Source: an uncultured Gammaproteobacteria bacterium (GTDB taxonomy: Bacteria > Pseudomonadota > Gammaproteobacteria > JACCXJ01). From it: DNA of 64,000 bases. The translations under genes were made by a program, and so were the position numbers. Of the stretch, positions 21,635-33,508 are shown in pieces. Location of the stretch: positions 64,001 through 128,000 of the forward strand of contig CAVXTM010000009.1 of NCBI GenBank assembly GCA_963764725.1. The letters run 5' to 3'. Position 1 is the first letter of the stretch; the number at the start of each line of letters is the position of its first letter. Below the pieces are notes generated by a model. The model ran no database searches. It saw only the letters and a list, made by a program, of their open reading frames with translations, and had not been told where the DNA came from.

Positions 21635-23193
21635 CTGACTCTTATACACATTTTTCCGGCCAGCGGGAACTTTCATCAGGTGTGCGGATCGGATCGACCA
21701 GATTAATAATGTCCCATGGGAGGACGAGGTCGATGCGAGTACCGGATGAAGCGATGCAATGGGCGCACGGGACCTTTGGGCTTTGTGATTTGGGCGATCC
21801 GCGACGCACGCGACGGTTGGTGAAGATGGGTGCACAATTGGCGGCGCATGTGGGGCAAGCGCCGGTGCGGGCCTGTCGGGGCGACTCGGCGGCCTGTGAA
21901 GGAGCGTACCGATTGTTGCGCAATGAGGGGGTAGACCCGCAGGCGATCGCCGAAGGGGGCTTTCAGGCGACGGCGCAGTTGGCGGCGAATACTGTGGGTG
22001 AGTTGCTGGCGGTGGAAGACAGTACGAGCTTGTCGTATGGGCACGCAGCGGCCGAGCAGTTGGGCGATTTGGGCGCCAAGCAGGAGAGCGAGAAGCGCGG
22101 GTTCATTGTGCACTCGGTGTTGTTGTTGGCGGCTGAGAGCGGTTGCACAGTGGGATTGATCGAGCAAGAGCGCTGGTGTCGGCCGGTGACGGAGCGTGGC
22201 AAGCGGCACCAGCGTGGGGAGCGCGCCTATGGGGAGAAGGAAAGCTTCAAGTGGCAGCGCGCCAGTGGACGGATGGCCGAGCGCTTGGGGGTGACGCAGG
22301 CGCGAGTGATTTCGGTGTGTGACCGTGAGGCTGACATCTACGAGTATTTGCAGTACAAAGTCGAGCGTGGCGAGCGGTTCGTCGTGCGCGCAAGTTGGGA
22401 CCGGCGCGTGGCGGGCGAGGCGCGCCACCTGTTCGAAGCCCTGGAGCGTGCGCCGGTGTTGGGTTCGCATGGCGTGCGGGTCCAGCAACGCGGTGGGGCG
22501 CATGCACGGCGTTCGCGGCAAGCGCATCTGCAGGTGCGCAGCGCCTGCATTGAGTTTTGCGCCCCACGGCGCGCACCGGGACTGCCCTCGCTGCAGGTCA
22601 ATGCGGTGTTGGCGATGGAGGCACATCCCCCGCATGGGCAGGAACCCTTGTGCTGGCTGTTGTTGGCGAGCGAACCGGTGGCTACCATCATCGAGGCGCA
22701 GCGGGTATTGAGCCACTATGCGCGGCGCTGGCGAGTGGAGGATTTTCACAAGGCGTGGAAATCCGGCGCTGGGGTAGAAGCCCGACGTATGCAGTCGGCC
22801 GACAATTTGGAGCGCATGGCCGTGATATTGGCATTCATCGCGGTGCGGCTGCTGCAATTGCGCGAATGGCTCGATAGCGCTACAGGCAAAGGCTTGTCGG
22901 TGGAGGCAGCAGGGCAAGTCAGCTGTGCCGGGGTGCTCGAGGAGATGGAATGGAAAGTATTGTGGGTCACACAGCACCGGTGCCGCCCGCCCGCGCAAGC
23001 GCCTTCGCTGAAGTGGGCCTGCGAGACCCTCGCCAAACTGGGCGGCTGGATAGACACAAAACGCACCGGACGCGCTGGCTGGGCTGTATTGTGGGAGGGC
23101 TGGTTCCGCTTGCAGGAACGCGTCGATGCTACTCAGGTCAGCGCGCAATTTCTGAGCCTCAAAAAACAGTGAAAAGATCCGATCAAGAGACAG
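21635..23193 (+). mobile_element. IS4-family IS50/Tn5-group element (transposase about 21733-23172, 479 aa)
   Basis: Left end CTGACTCTTATACACATTT (IS50 OE-like); right end AGATCCGATCAAGAGACAG (IS50 IE-like); LGDPRRTRRL, KESFKW, CDREADIY, Y..RWRVEDFHKAWKSG motifs; imperfect 9-bp flanks cccggtggg/cccgccggg. Confidence 0.95.
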
Positions 23194-23204
23194 CCCGCCG
23201 GGAG

Positions 23205-24384
<1,180 letters not shown>

Positions 24385-24470
24385 GGTTGGGGTGAGGGGA
24401 TCAGAATACTCGAAGCATGTGTTTGATTTGATTCCCCTCATCCTAACCTTCTCCCGGAGGGAGAAGGGAC
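24385..24470. repeat. REP doublet; the first unit is split by the IS50-like and IS110 insertions (other pieces at 21619-21634 and 23194-23206)
   Basis: Reassembled tccctctcccg-nn-gggagagggttggggtgagggga faces intact tcccctcatcctaaccttctcccggagggagaagggac (24433-24470). Confidence 0.85.
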
Positions 24471-24541
24471 TTCCAGACTTGTTGAAGTGGTTCTGTACGA
24501 CATTGGATGCGTGAGAATCTGATTGTCTCGCCGCACGAGTC

Positions 24542-24859
24542 ATGAAACGCGTTTATTGCTCGGAGGATCGACTACTCGTCGGTTTTCTCAAAGGTGTCCT
24601 CGATGGCCACCGCATCGACTGCCTGGTCAAGAATGAATATCTCATCGGCGGCATCGGGGAGCTGCCGCCGGGCGCCTGTTGGCCCGAGCTTTGGGTGATC
24701 GAAGAGAGTGATCTGCCGCAGGCTCGCACTCTCATCGCTTCAGTTTTAAAAGGCGGATCCGGCACGGAGCCATGGTGCTGTCCCGCGTGCGGCGAATGGA
24801 TCGAGCCGCAGTTCACGGAATGCTGGCAATGCGCTCAGTTTGAGGGTGAGCTACCCTGA
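24542..24859 (+). CDS. DUF2007-like small protein with C-terminal zinc ribbon, copy 1
   Basis: [34 protein letters not shown]; about 22 differences in 318 nt vs copy at 42777. Confidence 0.85.
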   Translation: MKRVYCSEDRLLVGFLKGVLDGHRIDCLVKNEYLIGGIGELPPGACWPELWVIEESDLPQARTLIASVLKGGSGTEPWCCPACGEWIEPQFTECWQCAQFEGELP

Positions 24860-24864
24860 CGCCT

Positions 24865-24920
24865 TTAAAACGCTGCATCGGCTTCGGCGCCCAGGGTCCG
24901 GGCCGTTCCGGATCCTCCCG
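24865..24920 (-). pseudogene. Remnant of the last ~17 codons of the oxoprolinase gene
   Basis: Encodes [14 protein letters not shown] versus [14 protein letters not shown] at 43100-43144. Confidence 0.85.
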
Positions 24921-24972
24921 CCTCGGTAGATGATAGACCTCAATTTGGTCAGTCGAATTAGATTTTATTCCG

Positions 24973-25080
24973 ATGCCTACCCCACCGCGCTTACTTGATC
25001 AGGTCCCGAGAGAAGCTTCGTTTAAAGCATTATAGCATCGCACCGAGCATGCGTACCTCGACTGGATCAAGCGCTGTATT
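24973..25080 (+). pseudogene. intI: Integron integrase N-terminal (SAM-like) remnant
   Basis: With two frameshifts reads MPTPPRLLDQV/REKLRLKHYS/RTEHAYLDWIKR, the typical IntI N-terminus. Confidence 0.75.
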
Positions 25081-25208
25081 GTGGCCTCTCAATGGCCGCA
25101 TCAGCCGCCGGCCCTCCTGTGGTTAAATGCGCAGCAGAGGATAGAAAATCAAAGTCAGCCTCGCTTCCCGATCTCCGACTTACACCTCCTGTCACATATA
25201 GGACATTC

Positions 25209-25299
25209 GCCGACATCAGAATGGGCCGTTGTCCGATTTCAATTGCCTATTGCGGCTGATATCAGAATAGGCCGTTGTCCGATTTCACCGTCTATTGCG
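25209..25299 (+). repeat. Two-copy ~46-bp tandem repeat
   Basis: gccgacatcagaatgggccgttgtccgatttcaattgcctattgcg / gctgatatcagaataggccgttgtccgatttcaccgtctattgcg. Confidence 0.85.
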
Positions 25300-25363
25300 G
25301 TGCGGACAATAAACGGTTATGCGGGCGGTGGGTTTGAGCACTAAATCCCGAGAGGAGACACCG

Positions 25364-25582
25364 ATGCAAAACCCTTCACAACAATTTATTGAACTCGGCA
25401 AGCAGAACTGCGCAATCTTGATGCCGTTCACCGATTTGTCGCTCCAAGGCGCGACCCGTATTTTCAAGGCGCAAACCGAAGCTGCGAAAGAAGTCTATGC
25501 CGAGAACGCGAAAAGTCTTAGAGCGACGCTTGAAAACGGACAAAATCGGAACGTGGATCCTGGCCAGACGTTTGCCGTTTAG
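25364..25582 (+). pseudogene. Truncated phasin-like protein
   Basis: MQNPSQQFIELGKQN...LSLQGATRIFKAQTEAAKEVYAENAK resembles a phasin N-terminus; good RBS (GAGGAG); only 72 aa. Confidence 0.5.
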
Positions 25583-25591
25583 CGCACCGCA

Positions 25592-27118
25592 ATGGACAAA
25601 AGCCTGATCAAAACCTTACTATGCGCTGTTGCAGCTCTAGTAATCGGTTTGGGAACACCCAAACTAGTACAGGCACATCAGTTTTTACCCCCTGGCATGG
25701 CCGAACGCATTCCAAATCGCTTGCCAGATGCATTAAAGAAATTGCGTAGTCCCAGCCAGATTGAGCGGGGTAGACTCATTTTTGAAAGGGAAACATTTGG
25801 TGGCAATGGTCGTACTTGCGCCACTTGTCATCCACGCTCAAACAACTTTACGTTGGATGTGCCGTTTATCAGTAGGTTGCCAAAGAGTGATCCATTGTTC
25901 ATCCACGAACGCATACCGGCATTGGCTCGTCTAGAAAATCGCGCGGCCTTGCGTGGCAAAGCGTTGATTCTGGAAAACCTTGATGGTTTTGATCAACCAG
26001 GCACACTGCGCAGTGTCATGCACACATTGGCGCTTGGATTGACTATTAAGCCGCAGGCTAGTTTTCAGAACCCGCAGACTGGTCTTCCTTTGCATGCTTT
26101 AGGTTGGAGCGGTGATGGTTCACCAGGTGATGGCAGCTTGCGCGAATTTGCTGTGGGCGCAGTAGTACAGCACTTCACTCGTTCGCTCGGCAGACTTGAA
26201 GGTAGAGATTTTCGTATACCAACGGCGTTAGAGCTTGATGCCCTCGAAGCTTTTCAACTATCACTAGGGCGACGTGAAACACCGATAGTTGATCCAAACC
26301 TTCCAGGTGCTCCAAACATTCCAGGTTTTTTGGAATTTAGCGATGCCAGTGTGACTGCTGGTCAGACTTTGTTTCATGGGATGCCTAGTCGTAATGGTGC
26401 GGGGCGGCGGTGCGCAGGTTGTCATAACGGAGGTGGTGCACTGAATGATGTGGATGGTGTGGGCGAAAACGAGCAGCGAGCCACCGGACTCGATCGTCAC
26501 CCCGGGGCAGCTACTTGTTTCTTTCCAACTGCTCCGGCCGATGGTGGATTCGGTATTGATCCGCCGGTACCGCCCGTGGAGGGTAAAGACCCCGTGGTGG
26601 ATAAAGCCACGTTCTGTACCAATGGTGCAAAGGGTCTAGTAAATTTCCTTGGCAGTCTGTTTTTTAATACTCAGACAGTAATCGAGGCTGCTGATACTGC
26701 ACCTTTCTTTCATGATAACTCTGCCGCCACTTTAGAGGATGTGGTCGATTTCTATCGCAGTGGCGCTTTCAACAATTCAATCACTGGAGCGGGTAACGGG
26801 TTTCTGATTGACGACAATCAGCGTAACCAAATTGCCGCTTTTCTTCGAGCTTTGAATGTACTTGAAAATATTCGCTCGGCAATCGCTTCACTTGATAGTA
26901 CCTCTGGGGACCCAACTTTGGCTAATGAGAGAGCACTGGCCGATGCTCGTGATAGTGTAATGGATGCCATTCGGGTATTGAAAAGTGGCAATATCAAAAT
27001 TTATCAAAGCACTGCGTTACCAGCTCTGGTCGGCACGTTGCCGTTGTTGCGTTCAGTGGACACAGCAGATTATGCCAAAGATGAATTAAAGCGTGCTCGT
27101 AGTTTGGTGTTGCTGTGA
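25592..27118 (+). CDS. Exported di-heme cytochrome c peroxidase/MauG-like protein
   Basis: Signal peptide, FGGNGRTCATCH and CAGCH heme motifs, TAPFFHDNSAATLEDVVDFY; visibly lower GC. Confidence 0.8.
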   Translation: MDKSLIKTLLCAVAALVIGLGTPKLVQAHQFLPPGMAERIPNRLPDALKKLRSPSQIERGRLIFERETFGGNGRTCATCHPRSNNFTLDVPFISRLPKSDPLFIHERIPALARLENRAALRGKALILENLDGFDQPGTLRSVMHTLALGLTIKPQASFQNPQTGLPLHALGWSGDGSPGDGSLREFAVGAVVQHFTRSLGRLEGRDFRIPTALELDALEAFQLSLGRRETPIVDPNLPGAPNIPGFLEFSDASVTAGQTLFHGMPSRNGAGRRCAGCHNGGGALNDVDGVGENEQRATGLDRHPGAATCFFPTAPADGGFGIDPPVPPVEGKDPVVDKATFCTNGAKGLVNFLGSLFFNTQTVIEAADTAPFFHDNSAATLEDVVDFYRSGAFNNSITGAGNGFLIDDNQRNQIAAFLRALNVLENIRSAIASLDSTSGDPTLANERALADARDSVMDAIRVLKSGNIKIYQSTALPALVGTLPLLRSVDTADYAKDELKRARSLVLL

Positions 27119-27148
27119 GGGGCATAGGCTAGGGGGTAGGGTAGAGGG

Positions 27149-27589
27149 TCAAGTCCGCCGGTTGCTGTAAATTTCTGAGCGGGATGCGGGTTTTATGGAC
27201 ACAGCATTTCGTTCATTCAACATGGCTTTGGAAATGACAGCAGCAAGCACCGTGATCCGGCCGCACCGTATGCCCTCTGCAAAGCTCCTGGCGTAGGCGT
27301 TGAGCGTCACCATAGGGATATGCCCGCCCTCGATGTCTTCCACGTCCTCGGGGCTTAAGAGTGCCCGGAAGGTAGTTGCGTCGATACCAGGGACACCTTG
27401 GCAGGCTTCGGTGAAAAGGGCGGTCAGATCGACGCCTTCGACTTTTGCGTTTTGGGGGGTTGCTACTGCTACAGTTGCTATTCTTGCTACTGTTCCCGTC
27501 GCTCCCCCTTGTTGAGTAGCAGAAATAGCAGGAATAGCAGTAGCAACCTTCCCGGACTCACGTTTTCGGATCAGCGCGGCAAGGGCCAT
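27149..27589 (-). CDS. Prophage/satellite hypothetical protein
   Basis: Overlaps the DUF3987 stop; VATAIPAISAT...VARIATVAVA region is encoded by inverted iteron-like repeats. Confidence 0.55.
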   Translation of the reverse strand: MALAALIRKRESGKVATAIPAISATQQGGATGTVARIATVAVATPQNAKVEGVDLTALFTEACQGVPGIDATTFRALLSPEDVEDIEGGHIPMVTLNAYARSFAEGIRCGRITVLAAVISKAMLNERNAVSIKPASRSEIYSNRRT

Positions 27590-29335
27590 GCTGCCACCCC
27601 CGCCAGCGCCGGATTCACTTGGATGGTCAGCCGCTTTCCTTCCTTCACCAGCCGCACGCGGTCAAGGTCGGCGAGCTCACGGATCGCCGCATCCAATGCC
27701 GCGCCATCCCGCAGCGGCCCATGCTGGCGAGTGTGATTCTTCCCGACAAGGGGCGTCCGCTCCCGCCGGCAATACTCGATTAGCCAGCTATCCAGCCTTG
27801 CCGCGTTCGCCAGTTCCTGCGGTAAGGCCAGCTCGCTGAAGAAGCGCCGCGATTCATTCAGGTGCCATGCCGCGATTCGACTTGCGGACTCGAAGGCTTC
27901 CGGGCCCACCGCGCCGCCTGCGCCCTCAAAGACCTGGAACAGCGCCGCCAGTCGTGCCGCGTTGTCGGCTGTCTTGCTCGCCACATCGCGCACGTCATAA
28001 AGCTCCCCGCCCGTCCGTAGCCCGCCCTCGATTGCATCATGAAATGCCACCCACGCGGCTTTCGCGTCGGGTGCCAGCGCCAGCATTGCCGGGGATAATG
28101 CGCCTTCCTCATCTATGGGTACAGGTTGATTCAGGATCGCCACGATGCGCCGGTTAAATGCGGCCAGCGAAGGCCAGTCGGTCGGCGGTTCGGTGAATGG
28201 TCGAAAACCTTGTGTGCTTCCCGGCCACGCCACCAGGAACGGGCAAGAAAGCCGGTGCCACGGGCCAACCCATTAGATCTGTCAAAGAAGCTACGCAAGG
28301 TCGCTTCCTGAATCTGCAATGCCATCGTCAGCCGCACACCGCGAACAGTGAAAGACTCTGACGTGCGCCGCCCAATAGGTAGCACCCCGCCGTCCCATAG
28401 GATGTTCAGCAGTGCTAGGTTTCGCGTGATGCTGTCCTTGCTCATGCCGTGCGCCCCGAGCACGGCTCCGGCCTCGCTCGCCTTCCCCTTCTTGCTGGCT
28501 TCCTTGATCGCCAGCAGGATCCCATCGCGCTCCGCCGTCCATGCCGCGAGCCCCGCCTTGTGGTGCTTCAATTCTGGCTTGAAAGCTTCGGCTTGCTCCC
28601 GCTCGTATTTCCGGATTGCCGCCGTGAAAAAGCCGTCGCACGTTGACTTTCGCTCGCCTGAGTCGGCGATAGACAGCAAATACAAGCATACCGGCCCGGT
28701 CAACTTCTCCGCCCGCTTCACATCCGCATGGGGTTGGATCGCCAGTGACAGCGCCCCCAGTGCAGACGACGCCACCAACGGAACCGGTGCTTTCGTGAAG
28801 GCTTGCACTTCTTCTACCGCCGCACGGATGGTGCCTGGCAATGCATCCAGCTGATAGGGTTCCGGTTCCACCTTGACGGCCAGCGGCAGCGGTTCCGGCC
28901 ATTCGCGGCTTGCAGAGTCGCCCGCTGGCGCGTATTCCGCGCCCGGTTGAGGCCCCAGCCACACCTGCAACTCCCGTATTCCCCGATTTGCGCAATGACT
29001 GTGCAAGCACTTGAATGCGCCCCCCACGTAGCCATTGGTATGCGGCTCAAAATACGCGGTATCAGCCTTCCCGCCTTCCCCCGTATGCTCTGATTCCCAC
29101 GGGCAGCGGACACTCCAACCCCCAAGCTTGCCGTGAATTTGTCCTAGCACCATGCCATGCTCGTCAAGCGCTTTTAGCACCGGGTCATGCTCGATTTCCA
29201 AGCGCGGCTTTTGCCGCGAATCCAACGCGGACAATTCGCGCCAAAGCTTCAGCAGCGCATCCGGAAGCCGCGGTATGTGGCGCCAGTCGCCCGCCCACTC
29301 ATACGGCTTGCCGGTGTCGGGGTGTTGCGTGGGAC
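27571..29335 (-). pseudogene. Prim-Pol C-terminus + DUF3987 (YfjI-like) replication protein, frameshifted, internally deleted and 5'-truncated
   Basis: PTQHPDTGKPYEW, CPWESEHT...FKCLHSHC zinc motif, WPEPLPL, ADSGERKST, GTGFLAR, ASKTADNAARLAAL; frame change near 28240. Confidence 0.75.
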
Positions 29336-31347
29336 GGTTTGACTGGGACGGAAGCGGGCGTCGGGTGGACGAGGCCTTACGGTCCACGGCTTGAACGTTC
29401 TCAAGAAGTTCTCTATCCTTCCTTTGGCGTTAGCCCGGGGTGTTCCCTGGGCTTCTCCCGGGATCACGTACGCCGCATTAACCACGCTCAGCGGGCTGAG
29501 CATCGGAAGCCAGGCGGCGGCCGGATGCTCTGGTCGGCCGCGACAACTGCGGCTGTCAATACCGACCGCCTTCAAGGAAGGGCAGGAGTTCAGGGAGGAT
29601 GGATCAAGCGGTGCAGCCCGCGCCAGCGGGAAAGCCAGGGACAGGGACCCCGCCTCCCCGCGAAAGCGGGGATCAGCGCCCCGAGGATGGAAGGCGCATC
29701 CACTACGAGCGGCGGCGTCCCGAAGACACCGTCCTCTACCAGGTGGTCCAAGAACACCTCGAAACCTTCCTAGCCCAAGTTGAAGCCGAGACCGGGACAG
29801 GCCTGCCCGAGTTTGTCAAAGCGGAATTCGATGCGTTTCTCGACTGTGGCATTTTGGCCCACGGCTTTCTGCGCCTGCGTTGCGCCGACTGCGGCCATGA
29901 GAAGCTCGTCGCCTTTTCGTGTAAGAAGCGTGGCTTCTGCCCGAGTTGTGGCGCGCGGCGCATGGCAGAAACCGCCGCCCACTTGGTCGATCACGTCATC
30001 CCCCGGGTGCCGGTGCGGCAATGGGTATTATCGTTTCCCATTCCGCTGCGCTTGCTGTTTGCCGCTCATCCCGAGTTGCTCGCGCCGGTCTTGAGAATCG
30101 TCCACCGCGTTATTGCGACATTTTTGATCAAACAAGCCGGACTCAAGCGCGCTGAAGCTGCGACCGGTGCCGTCACGCTGATTCAGCGTTTCGGATCGGC
30201 CGCCAATTTAAACATACATCTACACTGCCTCCTGCTCGATGGGGTCTACCGCCTCACCGAGGGCGTGCCGGTATTCCACCCCGTGCGCGCCCCTACCGCC
30301 GGGGAGCTGCAACCCTTACTCAACCGGATCATAAAACGCCTCCTGCGTTTGTTTACACGCCAGGGTTATCTCATCGAAGAGCAGGGCATGACCTACCTGG
30401 CCGACCGCGATCCGGAAAGCGCCCTGGCACCCCTGCAAGCGGCGGCCTGCACCTACCGGATCGCGTTCGGGCCCCGGGCGGGCCAGAAAGTGCTGACCTT
30501 GCAGACCATCCCGAACCGAGTGGCGCCGCCCACCGAACACTGCTGCGTCAATGAGCAGGGCTTCAGCCTGCATGCTGACGTGCGGCTCGCCATCAACCGG
30601 CGTCATAAGCTCGAACACCTCTGTCGGTACATCACCCGCCCGGCTCTTGCCAACGAGCGCCCAGCGCTCAACCGTGCCGGGCAGGTGGTGCTCACGCTGA
30701 AGACACCTTACCGAGATGGCACCACCCATATCGTCATGGAACCCCTGGAATTCATGCAGCGCCTTGCCGCACTGGTTCCCCGTCCGCGGTTGCACCTCAT
30801 CCGCTTCCATGGCGTGCTCACACCCCATGCCAAGCTCCGGCCCCAGATCATCCCGAATGCGCCGGTCAACGCGACTGACGACCCATCAGGCCACGCCGAG
30901 ACACCTCATTCCTCGGCGCCGGTCCGCCTGAGCTGGGCCGGGCTGCTCAAACGCGTATTCGATATCGACATCGAGCGCTGCCCCAACTGCGGCGGCGCCT
31001 TAACGATTATCGCCGCCATCCTCGACCCCGCCGTGATTGCCAAGATCCTCGCCCACCTCGGCTTGCCTATCCGCGCACCGCCGCGCTCACCGGCACGTCG
31101 ACCCGATCTGTTCCACGCCGCCTAACCCCGCATCGACACCGCTTCTGCCACAGCGCCGATCTCTCGCTCGGCCTGCGTTCACACACACCGCCCATCAGGC
31201 GGTGACATCCGCCCGCTCAGGCTGATCTACAGCCCCGAAAACGCCATGCGCACACGGTTCTCACCAATAATTCGTGTCATTGACTACCCGCCAAGCTCGG
31301 CGATATAGTCCCACCGCAACAAAAAGGTCGTTTCAAGTTCCTATTCG
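29335..31347 (+). mobile_element. IS91/ISCR-like rolling-circle element (transposase about 29599-31125)
   Basis: CGILAHGF..C..C..FSCKKRGFCPSC zinc domain, HUH motif NIHLHC, LCRYITRP; oriIS-like GTCGTTTCAAGTTCCTAT at 31327-31344; left (ter) end approximate. Confidence 0.9.
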
Positions 31348-31352
31348 GGTTT

Positions 31353-33434
31353 ATGAACAGGTATCTGGAGAATGCCATCGTGCGGCGCGTGATGGTCGGA
31401 ACCGACCGATCTGAAACCGCCGATCAGGCCGTTCAATGGGCCGCATCGTTCGCCGACCGCTATGGTGCGGAACTCTTCGTGGTACAGGTAGACGTGCCGC
31501 ATAACCCGGCTTCCACCGAGTTCGGAGCGGCTGAGCGCACGCGGGCAGCAACCGCCGGCGATGAGTTGGCCGTTTACGTGCGGCAGTTCGCCGGGGAGCG
31601 CGGTCATGCATTGACCGTCGTCGATGCCGATCCGGCGATGGCGATCGTTCACGCGGCCGAGCAAGAGGCGGTCGACGTCCTTGTGATCGGCAACTCGGGC
31701 ATGGCGGGGCGGAAGGAGTTCTTGCTCGGCAATGTACCTAACCGCATCAGCCACAATGCCCGCTGCACCGTTATCATAGTGAACACGTTGTCGTTCGGCG
31801 ATCGTGCGCCGGACCGGACGCTGACCGTCACCCGCAGCACCGAGTCCGCGTCCCCCGAGCCCCGACTGGCGGTTCGAGGGGCGCAAATCGTAGCTGTGAT
31901 GGCCAGGCATGGCCTAAAAGAGCTGTTCGGCCGGCCTGACGAGGAGGGTGCGACCGGCCGGCGCTGGCGGGCCAAGCGCTTACGCGCTGCCTTGGAGGAA
32001 CTGGGTCCGACATTCTCGAAACTCGGGCAAGTGTTGTCAACCCGCCCGGATCTCCTTCCGGTAGAGTACATTGAGGAACTTGCCCTGTTGCAGGACCACG
32101 TGTCGCCAATGAGCGAGCAAGAGGTCGTGCGGGTTACCGAGCAGGAACTGGGTGTCCCCTGGGAGGATGTCTTTGAATCGATCGATCCAACGCCCCTCGC
32201 CGCTGGCACAATCGCTCAGGTCCACCGTGCGACACTCGAAAGCGGTGATCGGGTCGTAGTCAAGGTTCAGCGACCCACCGCTCGTGCTGAAATCGAACAG
32301 GATCTCGCCCTCCTCGAGGTGTTTGCAGAGAAAGTCGGAAAGCGTCCCGCGCTCAAGCAGGTGATCGATATGGAGGCCGTGTTCAAGCACCTATCCGCCT
32401 CGCTACACCGTGAACTCGACTTCCGTCAGGAGGCCGACAACATCGGGCGGATGCAGGGTGTGCTCGCAGGCTATGATCGCCTTGCCGTACCCAGCGTGTA
32501 CCGGGATCTGTCCACGTCCCGATTATTGGTGATGGAAGAGATCCAGGGCATACCGATCAAGCAGGCACCGGCAGGTTCAGAGCGCATCCATGCCGCCCGT
32601 CAACTGTTGGAGAGCTACTACAAACAGATCATCGTCGATGGTTTCTTCCATGCCGATCCCCACCCAGGCAACCTGCTGTGGTGGAAGAACCGCATCTACT
32701 TTCTCGATTTCGGAATGGTCGGCGCGGTAGGAGCCGACTTCCGTGAGCATCTGTTGTTATTGTTGATGGCTCTGTGGCAGGAAGATGCCGCTTTTGTTAC
32801 TGATGTCACACTGATGATGACTGGCGCCATCGATCGCAGCGATCTCGATGTGTCCCGATTCCAAAGAGAGATCGGTGAAGTGATGGCGAAATATCGCACT
32901 GCCGCGCTTGCCGAGATGCAGATCGGGCCGATTTTGCAAGAAATGAGCGCGATCGCGTTACGGCATGGGGTACCCCTACCGGCCTCGCTCACGCTCGCCG
33001 TCAAGGCACTCGCGCAGGTACAACTGGCGACCGCCGATCTCGATCCAGAACTCGATCCCTTCGACGTAGCTGGCAAGTTCTTGATGCGCTGGGTGGTCAA
33101 GCGCATGGGTGCCACGCTCAATCCGAAGACACTGGTTTATCAATCGCAAAAGTTGAAAGTACGGGCCCTGCGCGTGATCGAGGCGGTCGAACACCTCATC
33201 GGTGCTCGCCCTGGCCACAAGCTTGTGGTGAACTTCCGGGCCAATACGCTGGAGGATATGGTGCACCGTACGGGACGGCGTCTGGCGCTCGGGCTGACCG
33301 CCGCGGCGAGTGTCATCGCCACCGCGCTCACGGCCGGATCGACGACCGTCGCGGATTGGGTACCCGCGACATTCGGCGTCGTCGCGGGTCTGCTTACCGT
33401 TGGCCTGATCATCGACCTGGTGCGTCGGCGCTGA
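31353..33434 (+). CDS. Universal stress protein fused to ABC1/UbiB-family atypical kinase
   Basis: VMVGTD.S..A, LVIGNSGM...LLGNVPNRISHNARC (USP); LGPTFSKLGQ, VVKVQRP, ELDF, FHADPHPGN, LDFGMVG (ABC1); two C-terminal TM helices. Confidence 0.9.
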   Translation: MNRYLENAIVRRVMVGTDRSETADQAVQWAASFADRYGAELFVVQVDVPHNPASTEFGAAERTRAATAGDELAVYVRQFAGERGHALTVVDADPAMAIVHAAEQEAVDVLVIGNSGMAGRKEFLLGNVPNRISHNARCTVIIVNTLSFGDRAPDRTLTVTRSTESASPEPRLAVRGAQIVAVMARHGLKELFGRPDEEGATGRRWRAKRLRAALEELGPTFSKLGQVLSTRPDLLPVEYIEELALLQDHVSPMSEQEVVRVTEQELGVPWEDVFESIDPTPLAAGTIAQVHRATLESGDRVVVKVQRPTARAEIEQDLALLEVFAEKVGKRPALKQVIDMEAVFKHLSASLHRELDFRQEADNIGRMQGVLAGYDRLAVPSVYRDLSTSRLLVMEEIQGIPIKQAPAGSERIHAARQLLESYYKQIIVDGFFHADPHPGNLLWWKNRIYFLDFGMVGAVGADFREHLLLLLMALWQEDAAFVTDVTLMMTGAIDRSDLDVSRFQREIGEVMAKYRTAALAEMQIGPILQEMSAIALRHGVPLPASLTLAVKALAQVQLATADLDPELDPFDVAGKFLMRWVVKRMGATLNPKTLVYQSQKLKVRALRVIEAVEHLIGARPGHKLVVNFRANTLEDMVHRTGRRLALGLTAAASVIATALTAGSTTVADWVPATFGVVAGLLTVGLIIDLVRRR

Positions 33435-33508
33435 TCGTAAGCCCCTGCCGCAGTCTTCGTGGTTGATCGGGAGGAGAAGTCCGGATTGGGCGGCCCAAAC
33501 CCAGTTTA

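Noticed and set aside
20515-23172. 885-aa ORF
   Set aside because: Chance in-frame join of the IS481 antisense frame with the IS50-like transposase; the real CDS starts inside the OE end, near 21733.
25209-25299. Possible CRISPR array
   Set aside because: Only two adjacent copies, no unique spacers and no cas genes.
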